This document shows, in pieces, positions 8,651 to 18,386 of a stretch of 45,578 bases of DNA. The notes below the pieces were generated by a model. It saw only the letters and a list, made by a program, of their open reading frames with translations, ran no database searches and was not told where the DNA came from. Source of the DNA: a virus. Lineage: Duplodnaviria; Caudoviricetes. A program made the position numbers and the translations under genes. Position 1 is the stretch's first letter; the number at the start of each line of letters is the position of its first letter. The stretch covers positions 1 to 45,578 of IMG/VR virus record IMGVR_UViG_3300021411_000003; one strand, 5' to 3'.

Positions 8651-10007
8651 ATTTCAACTATTATTTAGTCCGGATTCGGGTATTGGTGGAGGAATTTTAG
8701 ATAGCTCTACTAGTGGTTCTAAAGAACTGTCTAAACAAGATATTCTTGAAATTCTTAATAAGGATGATGTTGATGATAAAGAAGTTATTCCTCTAAAAGA
8801 TAAAGAAGATAAAGATGACAAGAAAACAGAGAAAGAAGAAGGTGAAGATGATAAAGAGGCAGATGAAGATAGTGAGAAAGATAAGGACGAAGAAGATAAT
8901 GAAGAAGATGAAGATTTAAAAGCTCTTGAAGATGAACTAGAAGAACCTGATGAAGAAAAGCTTGAACTTTCAACACCTACTTCTAGACGAGAGATACTTA
9001 AGAAATATCCTAAAATATTTAAAGATTTTCCATATCTAGAAACAGCTTATTATAGAGAACAGGCATTCACTAAATTATTGCCAACTATTGAAGATGCTAA
9101 AGAAGCCGTTGATAAGTCACAGACATTAGATAAGTTTGAGAGTGATTTGTCAGAAGGTAATACTGAGCTTGTTCTAAGAGCTGTTAAAGAAAATAATCCT
9201 AAAGCATATAATAAACTTATTGATAATTATCTGACAACATTAAATAAAATTGATGATAAAGCTTATCATCATGTTCTTGGAAATGTGATGAAGCATACAA
9301 TCATGGCTATGGTTCAAGAAGCTAGAACTTCAGGTAGTGAACCACTAGAACAGGCTGCTACTGTTCTTAACCAGTTTATTTTTGGCTCATCTAAATTTAC
9401 TGCCCCTGAAAAATTATCTAAGGATAATGATAAGACTTCTGAAGATAGTGATAAGGAAAATAAGTTAACTGAACGCGAAAGAGCATTTGCTAGACAACAG
9501 TATGATACTGCTAATGAAGAAGTATCAAATCGTGTGAATAAAGCATATAAAGCTACTATTGAAGCTAATATTGATCCAAAAAACTCAATGAGTGAATATG
9601 TCAAGAGAACGGCTAGTAGAGAAGCTCTTGAGGAACTCGAATCTCTAATTAGGAAGGATACAAGATTTAAATCACTAGTTGATAAGCTTTGGGAAAATTC
9701 ATTTAAAAATGGTCACAACGCAGATTCCATTGCTAAGATTAGAAAAGCATTCATTAGCAAGGCTCAGACACTTCTACCACTTGTGATTAGAAAAGCTCGC
9801 AATGAAGCATTAAAAGGTATGGGAAAGCGAGTATCTAAAGATAAAGACGATGACTCACGTCAGGAGAAAGATGAGTCCAATAAAGGCGAAGGTTCACGCC
9901 GCCGTAATGAACCCAATAAAGGTGGAGAATCACACCGTCGAAATGATTCCGGCTCTAAAGTGCCAGATGGAATGAGTACGCTTCAATATCTAATGTCTGA
10001 AGATTAA
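8622..10007 (+). CDS. Capsid scaffolding protein (true start may be 8631 or 8643)
   Basis: Highly acidic N-terminal region, helical, directly upstream of the major capsid gene. Confidence 0.7.
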   Translation: MKAMSQLMLKFQLLFSPDSGIGGGILDSSTSGSKELSKQDILEILNKDDVDDKEVIPLKDKEDKDDKKTEKEEGEDDKEADEDSEKDKDEEDNEEDEDLKALEDELEEPDEEKLELSTPTSRREILKKYPKIFKDFPYLETAYYREQAFTKLLPTIEDAKEAVDKSQTLDKFESDLSEGNTELVLRAVKENNPKAYNKLIDNYLTTLNKIDDKAYHHVLGNVMKHTIMAMVQEARTSGSEPLEQAATVLNQFIFGSSKFTAPEKLSKDNDKTSEDSDKENKLTERERAFARQQYDTANEEVSNRVNKAYKATIEANIDPKNSMSEYVKRTASREALEELESLIRKDTRFKSLVDKLWENSFKNGHNADSIAKIRKAFISKAQTLLPLVIRKARNEALKGMGKRVSKDKDDDSRQEKDESNKGEGSRRRNEPNKGGESHRRNDSGSKVPDGMSTLQYLMSED

Positions 10008-10029
10008 CCAGATTCAAAGGAAATAACAA

Positions 10030-11286
10030 ATGGCAGTAGTTGAATCTCAGGTTACAGCATTAGAGTTAGAGAAAGTCATTCCCAAAATCCGTACTCTTTT
10101 TGAACGAGATGATAAATTCTACTCGAACATTAAGAAACGCGATGTTGAAGTCATTTCACAACGTCTTATGAGAGTACCATTGGAAATCAGACCTGGAGGC
10201 TCATTCCAGTACTTTGATCCTAATGGTGGTGATTTAGGACGTGGCGGTGGCCCAACTTGGGATAAGGCTGTTCTTAACTCTGTGTTTGTATCTGAAAACA
10301 TCGAATACACAAAGTTGACACAGTGGTCGACAGATAACAATCGCAAATCTATTGCGAATGCTGTTAAAAAGCTAACAGCAACTGCATTTGATGAACTGAG
10401 AAGGCAATTAGATTCTCAGCTAATGCAGTCTGGAAATGGCGTTATTGGTGAAATTGATTCCGTTAGTACTACAGGCGGAGTTGATACTTACGTTTTAACA
10501 GCCGATTTTGGTGCTCGTTTGGTTCGTTATGGTCAAACTATTCAGGTATTTGATGTTACCTTGAATACGTTACGTGGTAGTGGACAGGTTACACAGTGGG
10601 ACGTGGAAAATTCAACTGTTGATGTAACTCCGGCTATTGCTGGAGTTGTAGCAACAGATTTGATTGTTGTTCAGGGCATTTCTAGCCCAAATTCACTTCC
10701 TGCTATCTTTGGTGTTCCCTATCACCATTCTAATGCATCTGTTGGAACATGGCTTGGTTTTTCAAGAGCTACCAATCCAGAAATTCGTTCTAACAGAGTC
10801 AATGGAAACAATTCGGCACTTTCGCTTCCACTTCCACGGCTAGCAATCAATAAGATTGGTAATCGTGTTGGTATTGACAATAGCTTCAAGCCTAATGCAT
10901 GGCTGCATCCTTGCCAAAAGCAGGCATATGAAGATATTGGTCAAGCCGTAATCATGATTCAGCAGCCTAATAAGAATAAGTCTGAAGGCGATCTGAACAT
11001 GTATTTCGATAGGATGCAATTTGCTGGAGCACCAGATAGGCCATCCTTTAACTGGAATAAGCGTCGTATTGACTTTATTTCAGATGAAGTTTGGGGTAGA
11101 GGAGAGATTCTACCACTTGGTTTTTATAAGACTGATGGTAGAAATATCTTCGAAATTAGAAGCTCATCTGGTGGTGTTTCTACAGCAGATATCTTCTATT
11201 TGGTGTGTGGTATGCAGTTCTTCGTGAATAATCCTGCTGCTACTGCATATATTGATGACCTTCAGATTCCAGAGGGGTATCAATAA
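10030..11286 (+). CDS. Major capsid protein (HK97 fold)
   Basis: 418 aa, follows the scaffold; AAGG SD; C-terminal MQFFVNNPAATAYIDDL strand typical of capsid ends. Confidence 0.85.
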   Translation: MAVVESQVTALELEKVIPKIRTLFERDDKFYSNIKKRDVEVISQRLMRVPLEIRPGGSFQYFDPNGGDLGRGGGPTWDKAVLNSVFVSENIEYTKLTQWSTDNNRKSIANAVKKLTATAFDELRRQLDSQLMQSGNGVIGEIDSVSTTGGVDTYVLTADFGARLVRYGQTIQVFDVTLNTLRGSGQVTQWDVENSTVDVTPAIAGVVATDLIVVQGISSPNSLPAIFGVPYHHSNASVGTWLGFSRATNPEIRSNRVNGNNSALSLPLPRLAINKIGNRVGIDNSFKPNAWLHPCQKQAYEDIGQAVIMIQQPNKNKSEGDLNMYFDRMQFAGAPDRPSFNWNKRRIDFISDEVWGRGEILPLGFYKTDGRNIFEIRSSSGGVSTADIFYLVCGMQFFVNNPAATAYIDDLQIPEGYQ

Positions 11287-11600
11287 TGTCTGATCTTCTA
11301 TTTCAGAACTTTAGTACTGTTCAGAGTGAACAGCAACCAAAGCCAAAAACGCTAGCATCAGCGGCTACTATCACACCTACTACGAAATTAACATTCGTAA
11401 CAGGAACAGTGCAGATTGCTAACATTACTCCACCTGTGAGTGGATATTGTGAAATCACACTCTGTTTCATTACAGTGGCACCTGGTTTATTCTTGACTAC
11501 TGGTAACATCCAGATTGCTTACCAGCCAATCATTAATAGACCAGTTGATCTTTGTTATGATCCTGTTAGTTCTAAGTGGTGGGTTAAAGCGGTAGTTTAA
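11286..11600 (+). CDS. Putative capsid decoration/minor head protein
   Basis: TAATG-coupled to MCP; TLASAATITPT, beta-rich. Confidence 0.5.
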   Translation: MSDLLFQNFSTVQSEQQPKPKTLASAATITPTTKLTFVTGTVQIANITPPVSGYCEITLCFITVAPGLFLTTGNIQIAYQPIINRPVDLCYDPVSSKWWVKAVV

Positions 11601-11630
11601 ATCCTATTCACTGTTGGGGTAAATAGGTAG

Positions 11631-11660
11631 AGGGGGGAGCGCATCTCTTTAAACACGCCA
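11631..11660 (+). promoter_or_regulatory. Small pseudoknot-like leader element (copy 1)
   Basis: GGGGGGAGCGCATCTCTTTAAACACGC; resembles 15207-15231; upstream of an SD-less AU-rich start. Confidence 0.4.
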
Positions 11661-11670
11661 ATAATTAATT

Positions 11671-12249
11671 ATGGAACTTACTGAACCAGTTGAAGCTATT
11701 AATAGGCAATTAGTTGAGAACTTTGGTATTGATACCATAACAGGTTCTCCTATCTGGCGAATTGTGTTTAGTGAAGATCAATTTGAGATGAGATTTGGAA
11801 CTTATAATGATTTTACTAAAAATGGATTATTTATTAGAGAAGTAACAGAAACTAGAGAAGTTCCAAAATATAGACAGTGGATACATGAAAAGTATGTTCT
11901 TGAAAGATTGGTACTAGTTCCAGAACAGAATCGGATAGATTTACCATCGGATAAGCTTAGTTATGAGCCGCTTTGGGTATTTGAAGATAAAGATGGTAAA
12001 TATCTTCCACCAAAATGGGAAGCAGCTAAATTCATCATTGATACAGTATATGCAGCACAGTACAGTAATCATAATCTTAAAAAGTATGTTGATGATGAAA
12101 GCACGCAAGAGAAATCATTAGAACTTAAAGAAAAAAGAGTTAATGAGATTATGGAATCTTTGTGGGGAGAACAATCAGAATTTAGTGATGGAATCAAAAC
12201 TGGTGAAACAATTCATATAACAGATGGTTCAAATAAGATAATTCATTAG
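11671..12249 (+). CDS. Hypothetical phage protein
   Basis: 192-aa ORF in the morphogenesis cluster. Confidence 0.7.
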   Translation: MELTEPVEAINRQLVENFGIDTITGSPIWRIVFSEDQFEMRFGTYNDFTKNGLFIREVTETREVPKYRQWIHEKYVLERLVLVPEQNRIDLPSDKLSYEPLWVFEDKDGKYLPPKWEAAKFIIDTVYAAQYSNHNLKKYVDDESTQEKSLELKEKRVNEIMESLWGEQSEFSDGIKTGETIHITDGSNKIIH

Positions 12250-12257
12250 GAGTTTTT

Positions 12258-12953
12258 ATGCCTGTAGGTGGATTTCCTGGTCTTCAGTCGCACTTAACAC
12301 GAACAGTTCGTGCTCCTATTAATCCAATTGATAAGAGCACAGTTGTTTCTATATTTCCAAAAGAAATTAATGAAGTTAAAAATACAATTTCTCCTGGAAA
12401 GTTTCATGTTGATGCTGGCACTTTTGAAAAACCTTCTATTCTAGTAGTTGGTCCATCATCTTGGTGGAAATTTATTGATGATGAACAGCCAATTCTAGAA
12501 ATTCCATGTGGTTCTCATCAAGTTGCAGATTCTATTGTTAAAGATTATGCTAATGGGTTAGTTGGATGTAATATGACTAATTCAATGCCTGGTGTATTTT
12601 GGGTTCCAGGTGAATTTAATCTTGTTACACTTAAAGTTACGCATCAGAAAGCTCTTGAAGTAGCTCGTGAGAAGCAAAATAGGTTTTGGTTGGCATTAGT
12701 ACGGTTTGCTGATACATTTTGGGCTAGAACTAATGGTTCTCCATTGTGTATTAGTGATGAAATGCGTATTGCAGCCAGAGAGCTTGGATTAGCAGAACAG
12801 AAAGATTGGATGAAAGACTTCTCAATGTTGCAGAAGACTAATTGTACTGCATGTGGAAGTCCTGTTAAGCCTGGTTATCCTGTTTGTGCTACTTGTAAGG
12901 CTATTGTTGATCCTGTTAGAGCTAAAGAGTTGGGTATTCAGTTTAGTGCTTAA
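12258..12953 (+). CDS. Hypothetical protein with C-terminal zinc ribbon
   Basis: CTAC...CATC; AGGAG SD. Confidence 0.7.
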   Translation: MPVGGFPGLQSHLTRTVRAPINPIDKSTVVSIFPKEINEVKNTISPGKFHVDAGTFEKPSILVVGPSSWWKFIDDEQPILEIPCGSHQVADSIVKDYANGLVGCNMTNSMPGVFWVPGEFNLVTLKVTHQKALEVAREKQNRFWLALVRFADTFWARTNGSPLCISDEMRIAARELGLAEQKDWMKDFSMLQKTNCTACGSPVKPGYPVCATCKAIVDPVRAKELGIQFSA

Positions 12954-12955
12954 TT

Positions 12956-13255
12956 ATGAGACTTACTGAGCTAAATCCTAAGTGGCTATCTTCTGGTGGT
13001 GAAGGTGTAACTGTTAGTGCAACAGGTGAGCCTAAACTATTAGTTGAACATGCTGCATTAGAATTAGATTGCCCATGTGGTTGTGGAGATAAGTGCTGTA
13101 TTCCATTCGAAGGTAATTCAGGACATACATGGAAGATTCAAGGTGATAATTATGACTTTGAGACTCTTACAGTAACACCTTCTATTCAGAGAACCATTAA
13201 TCCATCTATGTGTAAGAGGCACTTCTGTATCACTAATGGTGAGATAACAGCATAA
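12956..13255 (+). CDS. DUF6527-like Zn-binding protein
   Basis: CPCGCG...W...TLTVTPSI...C.RHFCITNGEI pattern. Confidence 0.55.
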   Translation: MRLTELNPKWLSSGGEGVTVSATGEPKLLVEHAALELDCPCGCGDKCCIPFEGNSGHTWKIQGDNYDFETLTVTPSIQRTINPSMCKRHFCITNGEITA

Positions 13256-13974
13256 TGGCACCCCAATCTCAAACTCTAACGTCTGGAACTGTAATGGATA
13301 GAGCCGCTGCATTGATGAACGACGTAGCAAAGTCTATCTATCCATATTCTGTTCAAGTTCCATATTTGAATATGGCATTACAAGAGCTGCAGGAGTATTT
13401 TGAACTTAATAATATTCCTGTAACTGATGATGTGACATCAGCCGCTATCATTGTTCCTGCTGGTGTAGATCATATTGGATTTGAACCTAATCCTACAGTT
13501 CCAAACACTCCATATCTACCGGATAGAATTATTGAACCAAAGGTTTTATGGGTTAGTGATTCTAGCCAGAGCCAATTTGTTCCAATTCAAAGGCTAGACT
13601 TTCTTCCACGCTATATGGAAGGAGTTGAAATCAATCAGATTACAGCTTTTGTTTGGCAAGTGCAAGAGATTAGATTTTTGCCATGCATAGCTATTAATTA
13701 TGTTAAATTAGATTATATTCGTGATTTATTTGGAGTTGCTGAAGATGAAACTGATGATTTAGATATTATCAATGCTGGAACATTTCTGGAATACAGAACG
13801 GCTAGTTTATTAGCTAAATTCTGTGCTGAGAATCCTACTCGTGCTCAGAGTTTAAATCAAGATGCTATTCTAGGACTTGATAGAGTTGTTGGTATTGGGA
13901 CTAAAGGGAGACAAGCTATTAATATTAGACATAGACCATTTCGTTCAGATTATAAACGTCGTTCATATATGTAG
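13255..13974 (+). CDS. Head-tail adaptor / tail tubular protein A-like
   Basis: N-terminal helices (VMDRAAALMND...YLNMALQEL), LP motif, position and size. Confidence 0.6.
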   Translation: MAPQSQTLTSGTVMDRAAALMNDVAKSIYPYSVQVPYLNMALQELQEYFELNNIPVTDDVTSAAIIVPAGVDHIGFEPNPTVPNTPYLPDRIIEPKVLWVSDSSQSQFVPIQRLDFLPRYMEGVEINQITAFVWQVQEIRFLPCIAINYVKLDYIRDLFGVAEDETDDLDIINAGTFLEYRTASLLAKFCAENPTRAQSLNQDAILGLDRVVGIGTKGRQAINIRHRPFRSDYKRRSYM

Positions 13975-13983
13975 CGTGTAACA

Positions 13984-14046
13984 AACCTCCGGTCGTTATT
14001 GTGTAATTCCACATAATAGCGGCTGGTCGTAAATCGGCTGGAGGTT
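13984..14046 (+). promoter_or_regulatory. Structured 5' leader with alternative SD-sequestering folds
   Basis: AACCTCCGGTCG (13984-95) can pair with CGGCTGGAGGTT (14035-46, contains the SD); CCGGTCGTTATT can instead pair with AATAGCGGCTGG (14015-26). Confidence 0.45.
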
Positions 14047-14049
14047 ATA

Positions 14050-14976
14050 ATGTCTTCACAACCAGGTCTTTGGCAACAGATTCGTCAGGATAATAGAGAT
14101 TGGTCTGTATCTAGTAACAGACTAGGCTCTATTGGTAGAACATTCTTTATTTTCCCACAAGGCAAAGGACCAAAGGGTTCCTACTCTAACTTCACTGATT
14201 TAGCACCAAATCTTCGTAGTAGAGACGTTATTATACTCGGTGGAGTATTACGTGAACAAGCAATTGCTCCATTAGATGTATATGACGTTACTATCATTGG
14301 AGCCGCTAACACTCCAAGGCAATCTACATCTGGTGGTGCTCCTACAGGTGGTGGTGCTACATGGATGCTTCCTACATCTCCTGTAGCTACTACTCCATTA
14401 CTAGAAGTTAGAGCTGCTGGTTGGGCATTTGAGAATATTGAATTTACTCCTGCAAATGCATCTGCTGCTGTTAGATTGACACGTTCTGCTGCAGTTGATA
14501 CCATTGATGCTTCACATGCACGATTTAGTGGTTGTTACTTTGCTGGTAATGGTGGAACTACACAGAATGGAATTGAAGATAATGGTGGTTCTAGCCGAGT
14601 TCTAGTTGAGGATTGCAGGTTTGAAGGATTGGGTGGAACTGCAATTCTATCTCTGAGCACTGCTAATTCTGTTCCTCTTGGATGGAGGATTGCAAAAAAT
14701 AGATTCCAGCAGAATCTCAATGATATTAAGATGTCTCTATCTTATGCAATCATTGAGCTAAATCGATTCATGACTTCTGGTTCTGGTGCAGCTAATAAGA
14801 TTATTTCAGACACATTTATTGCCACTCAGGGTGGATTTAATCACATTCTTCTAAATCAATTCTCCAATACAGAAGTTGAGATTGCTCCTGGTAATGGATA
14901 TACTGGTGCATCTACTGATGTTTGGATGAATTACGTTAATAACCAAGCCGCTCTGGCATTTGGTCAGCCTGCTTAA
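14050..14976 (+). CDS. Right-handed beta-helix (pectin-lyase-like) virion protein / tailspike
   Basis: DVIILGG, VTIIG, FENIEF, VEDCRFE, IAKNRF repeating beta-helix pattern. Confidence 0.7.
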   Translation: MSSQPGLWQQIRQDNRDWSVSSNRLGSIGRTFFIFPQGKGPKGSYSNFTDLAPNLRSRDVIILGGVLREQAIAPLDVYDVTIIGAANTPRQSTSGGAPTGGGATWMLPTSPVATTPLLEVRAAGWAFENIEFTPANASAAVRLTRSAAVDTIDASHARFSGCYFAGNGGTTQNGIEDNGGSSRVLVEDCRFEGLGGTAILSLSTANSVPLGWRIAKNRFQQNLNDIKMSLSYAIIELNRFMTSGSGAANKIISDTFIATQGGFNHILLNQFSNTEVEIAPGNGYTGASTDVWMNYVNNQAALAFGQPA

Positions 14977-14988
14977 GGAGATTAGAAA

Positions 14989-15180
14989 ATGGCAACTTCA
15001 GATGAAACGGCAAATCAGTTCAATGTTGGTGATACTGTGAATGTTCCAATTGTTGTAACAGCTATTGGAGGAACAACTGCTGCTCCTACAGTTACTGGAA
15101 CAACTAAATATGCAGGATTTGATGGGAATAAAGATACTGTTGGTCCTGTAGATGCTGTTCAAGTGAGAATTGATAAGTAA
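14989..15180 (+). CDS. Small virion-associated hypothetical protein
   Basis: 63 aa, AAGGAG SD. Confidence 0.6.
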   Translation: MATSDETANQFNVGDTVNVPIVVTAIGGTTAAPTVTGTTKYAGFDGNKDTVGPVDAVQVRIDK

Positions 15181-15206
15181 TACGTAATTAATTATAATTT
15201 ACTAAC

Positions 15207-15232
15207 GGGGGATGCGTATCCGAACAACGCAT
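15207..15232 (+). promoter_or_regulatory. Small pseudoknot-like leader element (copy 2)
   Basis: GGGGGATGCGTATCCGAACAACGCAT: GGAT/ATCC hairpin whose GCGT loop is complementary to downstream ACGC. Confidence 0.4.
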
Positions 15233-15243
15233 AAATATTAAAA

Positions 15244-16758
15244 ATGTCTCAATTACGCGACCACGAACCGATTATACTATCAGAGTTTAATGGAATCTGG
15301 AAAAGGGGTTCTAAGGAAGAAACTCCTCTTGACCATTTCCAAGATGCTGATAATATAGCTCATGGTTCTGGTAATTCGTTTGGAACTAGACCAGGTATTG
15401 ATATTAGTCAAGATGTAGCCGTTCCTTTAGAAGATGTTAAAAGAATATATAATTATTCAACTATGACAGGTAATACATTAATTGTATTAACATTTGATGG
15501 GACTACAGGTAAAGTCTACCATATGGTTAATGCAACAACAGTATTTGGTCCAATATTAACTATTACTGGAATGGCTGACATTGCATTTGTTGCATTTGCA
15601 GGACGTGCTTATATATCTCCTTTTAAGACATTTAGTGTTGGTGGATTAAATATCGAAAAAGGATTGCAGAATGAGTTTTTATACGTATATGCTGGAGATG
15701 GGACACCTGCAAGGAAAGCCTCTGTTAGTCCAATGACAGGTGTAATGACTATAGCCAATGGAGCCGCTGGTAATACTGATGCCGGATTTCATATATTTGC
15801 ATTTGTAAGAGAGTCTATTTCAGGTGCTCTCAGTGCTCCGGGACAGAATAAAAGCTTTACAACATCTGCTGCTAGTTCAGTTAGCTTTGGAAATGTACAA
15901 GCAACTGGTAATCCAGTAATTGCTAAAAGACATTTAGTTGCTACAAAAACTATTACAACATTTAATGGGGATTTAAATGGTTATCAATTCTTCTTTGTTC
16001 CAAATGCTACTATTAATAATGACACAGATGCATTCTTAAATAACATTTCTTTCTTTGATGCTGATTTACTGGATGATGCCTCACATCTAATTGATAATTA
16101 TTCAGAAATTCCGGCTGGAGCGGTTCTCACGTTGTATCATCAAAGGTTAGTTTTAGCAACTATATTTACTGATATTTCATTGATTCTTGTGTCAACGGCT
16201 GGAGAACCAGAAGCCATTAGTCAAATTGATGGGCTATTAGTCTTTCCTCCAGATGGAAATCCAGTTACTAATGCTCAAGAGCTAAGAGATGTTTTATATG
16301 CATTTAAAAGAGCTAAAACAGTTTCCTTTACAGATAATGGAGATGCTCCTAGCTCGTGGCCTCTTGTTACAGTGGATAATGCTTTGGGCACTAGTGTTCA
16401 TGGTATTGCAACTGTACTCGATAGCGGCTCATCATCAGTTGACTATCTCATTATATGCACTTATCAGGGGATTACGCTATTTAATGGTCGATATATTAAT
16501 CCTGAACTTGGTTGGAAGATAGAAGAATTCTGGAAAGATTTAGATAGAAATGATTTCAGATTAATTCAAATTATTAATGCTCCAATTCAGAAAGAAATAT
16601 ATACAGTTCTTCCAACTAGACAATTGTTAGTTGGTAACTATTCAATGGGTATGGACCCAAAGAAAATTAGATGGGAATCTTGGAGCTTCTTACCAGGCGT
16701 TAATACAATTGCTATCTATAATATTGATGAAGTTGTTCTTGGAGCGGATTTAATATAA
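15244..16758 (+). CDS. Tail nozzle / tail tubular B / P22 gp10-like stabilisation protein
   Basis: N-terminal F.GI...DADNI...TRPG pattern, beta-propeller-like repeats, YHQRLVLA, LYAFK. Confidence 0.6.
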   Translation: MSQLRDHEPIILSEFNGIWKRGSKEETPLDHFQDADNIAHGSGNSFGTRPGIDISQDVAVPLEDVKRIYNYSTMTGNTLIVLTFDGTTGKVYHMVNATTVFGPILTITGMADIAFVAFAGRAYISPFKTFSVGGLNIEKGLQNEFLYVYAGDGTPARKASVSPMTGVMTIANGAAGNTDAGFHIFAFVRESISGALSAPGQNKSFTTSAASSVSFGNVQATGNPVIAKRHLVATKTITTFNGDLNGYQFFFVPNATINNDTDAFLNNISFFDADLLDDASHLIDNYSEIPAGAVLTLYHQRLVLATIFTDISLILVSTAGEPEAISQIDGLLVFPPDGNPVTNAQELRDVLYAFKRAKTVSFTDNGDAPSSWPLVTVDNALGTSVHGIATVLDSGSSSVDYLIICTYQGITLFNGRYINPELGWKIEEFWKDLDRNDFRLIQIINAPIQKEIYTVLPTRQLLVGNYSMGMDPKKIRWESWSFLPGVNTIAIYNIDEVVLGADLI

Positions 16759-17687
16759 TGGGAACTTTCCGTGCAAGATTTACAATATTAAGCATGACAG
16801 GAGATGCATTCCTCACTTTTGGTGTTGGAGATAATGCTTTTCATTACTATGAAAATGCAAATAAATCTGGTGTTATAAATTTTTCTCTCATTGGAAGTTG
16901 TTTTTATCTTGATGGAAGTGGTATCCCAATAAGTTTTGCAGGATTACCAGCTGGATTTACTCCAACTTGGCCTTTAACATTAAGTTCTCCACAAACAATT
17001 ACTGGTGGTGGAGTAAGTGATGGAGCACTTGGTCTTCTTCAAGTTCCTGCTGATGCGACTGGAAGCTTGCTATCAAATTATGGCACATATGGTCCAGTAT
17101 CTATAAATATAACTGGTTTTCTTGGACCTTTTACTGATATTATTTTAGCTGGAGTTAATAGTCTATTAGCAATTTTAACTTTCCAGTGTTCTATAACACA
17201 CAATGTGTTATTAGGAAATGCTGTAGAAGTATACGATGTTATAGATATTTCTGGTGATTATACTATACTCCAATATAGTTATGATATTCCTCAAGATGGA
17301 GATGAAGTAGACCCAGGAGAGACAATTACTATAACATCTCCTGGAACTGACCCATTAACTGATTTAGATTTATCACAATTAACTATCACTATGGCTTGTG
17401 GAACTGTAATACCAATTATTCAAACTCCAACTATGTTTAGGTTTACAGTTCCATTTGCTTGTTCTGGAGCTGGAGTATCTAATATAGTTGCAACTGGTAA
17501 TGGAGTTCAATTTAGTGGCTCAGTCACATTAGGAACTTTAGATATTTTATTGGCTAATGCTTCTGGAATTTATACATTAGTTCGTGGTAAGACTAATGAT
17601 ACATTATATTCTGGTGCTAGAGATGGTACTACATATGATGTAAAGATTCCAGACCCATTTGCCAAGACTGGATACATTGGTGGCTAA
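16758..17687 (+). CDS. Putative tail protein (beta-rich, Ig-like segment)
   Basis: TAATG-coupled; G/T/S-rich; PGETITITSPG. Confidence 0.55.
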   Translation: MGTFRARFTILSMTGDAFLTFGVGDNAFHYYENANKSGVINFSLIGSCFYLDGSGIPISFAGLPAGFTPTWPLTLSSPQTITGGGVSDGALGLLQVPADATGSLLSNYGTYGPVSINITGFLGPFTDIILAGVNSLLAILTFQCSITHNVLLGNAVEVYDVIDISGDYTILQYSYDIPQDGDEVDPGETITITSPGTDPLTDLDLSQLTITMACGTVIPIIQTPTMFRFTVPFACSGAGVSNIVATGNGVQFSGSVTLGTLDILLANASGIYTLVRGKTNDTLYSGARDGTTYDVKIPDPFAKTGYIGG

Positions 17688-17973
17688 AAACTCATTTAGT
17701 GGAGAACTAATTCATTTTGGTACTATAAGAATGAGAGCTACTGGTGTAGGTAATTTACAACTACTTTTACATAGCTTGGATGATACATTAAATAGCAAGA
17801 CTTTAACAAGTACTCCACTACAGGCTGTTACTAATCGTGAACCTACAACATTGGCTAATTTTATTGATCAGTATGGACAATTAGAAGTTAAGACGACTGT
17901 GATGGATGAAGTATTTGAAATCTCTAAAATTGTCATATTTATAAGACCAGTCGCATCTGGATATCCTCAGTAA
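17659..17973 (+). CDS. Putative tail protein resembling a nozzle C-terminal domain (start may be GTG 17680)
   Basis: 104-aa beta-strand pattern, coupled to the next gene. Confidence 0.5.
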   Translation: MPRLDTLVAKNSFSGELIHFGTIRMRATGVGNLQLLLHSLDDTLNSKTLTSTPLQAVTNREPTTLANFIDQYGQLEVKTTVMDEVFEISKIVIFIRPVASGYPQ

Positions 17974-18386
17974 TGGCTAATTTTGATCCAACTAGATTAA
18001 TCGTTCAGTTACAGAATACTGGACTAGCTGTAAAGGATAATCCATTATTTCAGTTGTTATTTCAGATGCTTAAAGCAATGGCTAAGATTAATTCTGAAGT
18101 GAATGGGGTTATATCTGGTGGAGGAAGTTCTGGTGGTGGTGTTACTAATATTACTCAGTTTATTCAGCAATTTGGGCTAGATAGCGGCTCAGGTGATTCT
18201 ACTAGTGGAGATGTAATTCCTGGACCTCCTGGAACTCCTGGTGAAGATGGAGCTAATGGAATGGTGCCATATTATATTGCACCATCTGAGACCTTTATTG
18301 TTCCACTATATAAACAAGCATTATTTGCAATGAATATTGATAATGAAGGAATTTTAGAAGTTGATGGTTTTTTAATTGAGGTGTAG
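17973..18386 (+). CDS. Tail fibre-associated protein with a short collagen-like stretch
   Basis: GPPGTPGEDGANG; Gly-rich linker. Confidence 0.55.
   Translation: MANFDPTRLIVQLQNTGLAVKDNPLFQLLFQMLKAMAKINSEVNGVISGGGSSGGGVTNITQFIQQFGLDSGSGDSTSGDVIPGPPGTPGEDGANGMVPYYIAPSETFIVPLYKQALFAMNIDNEGILEVDGFLIEV

Noticed and set aside
9877-9950. 36-bp imperfect tandem repeat in the scaffold gene
   Set aside because: It encodes a simple peptide duplication (NKGEGSRRRNEP/NKGGESHRRNDS) in a disordered tail, which is ordinary.
18368-18379. Perfect T_TTT_TTA slippery heptamer fusing 17973-18386 to the start-less ORF
   Set aside because: The -1 frame hits TGA at 18377-79 immediately, so a simple frameshift cannot produce the fusion.
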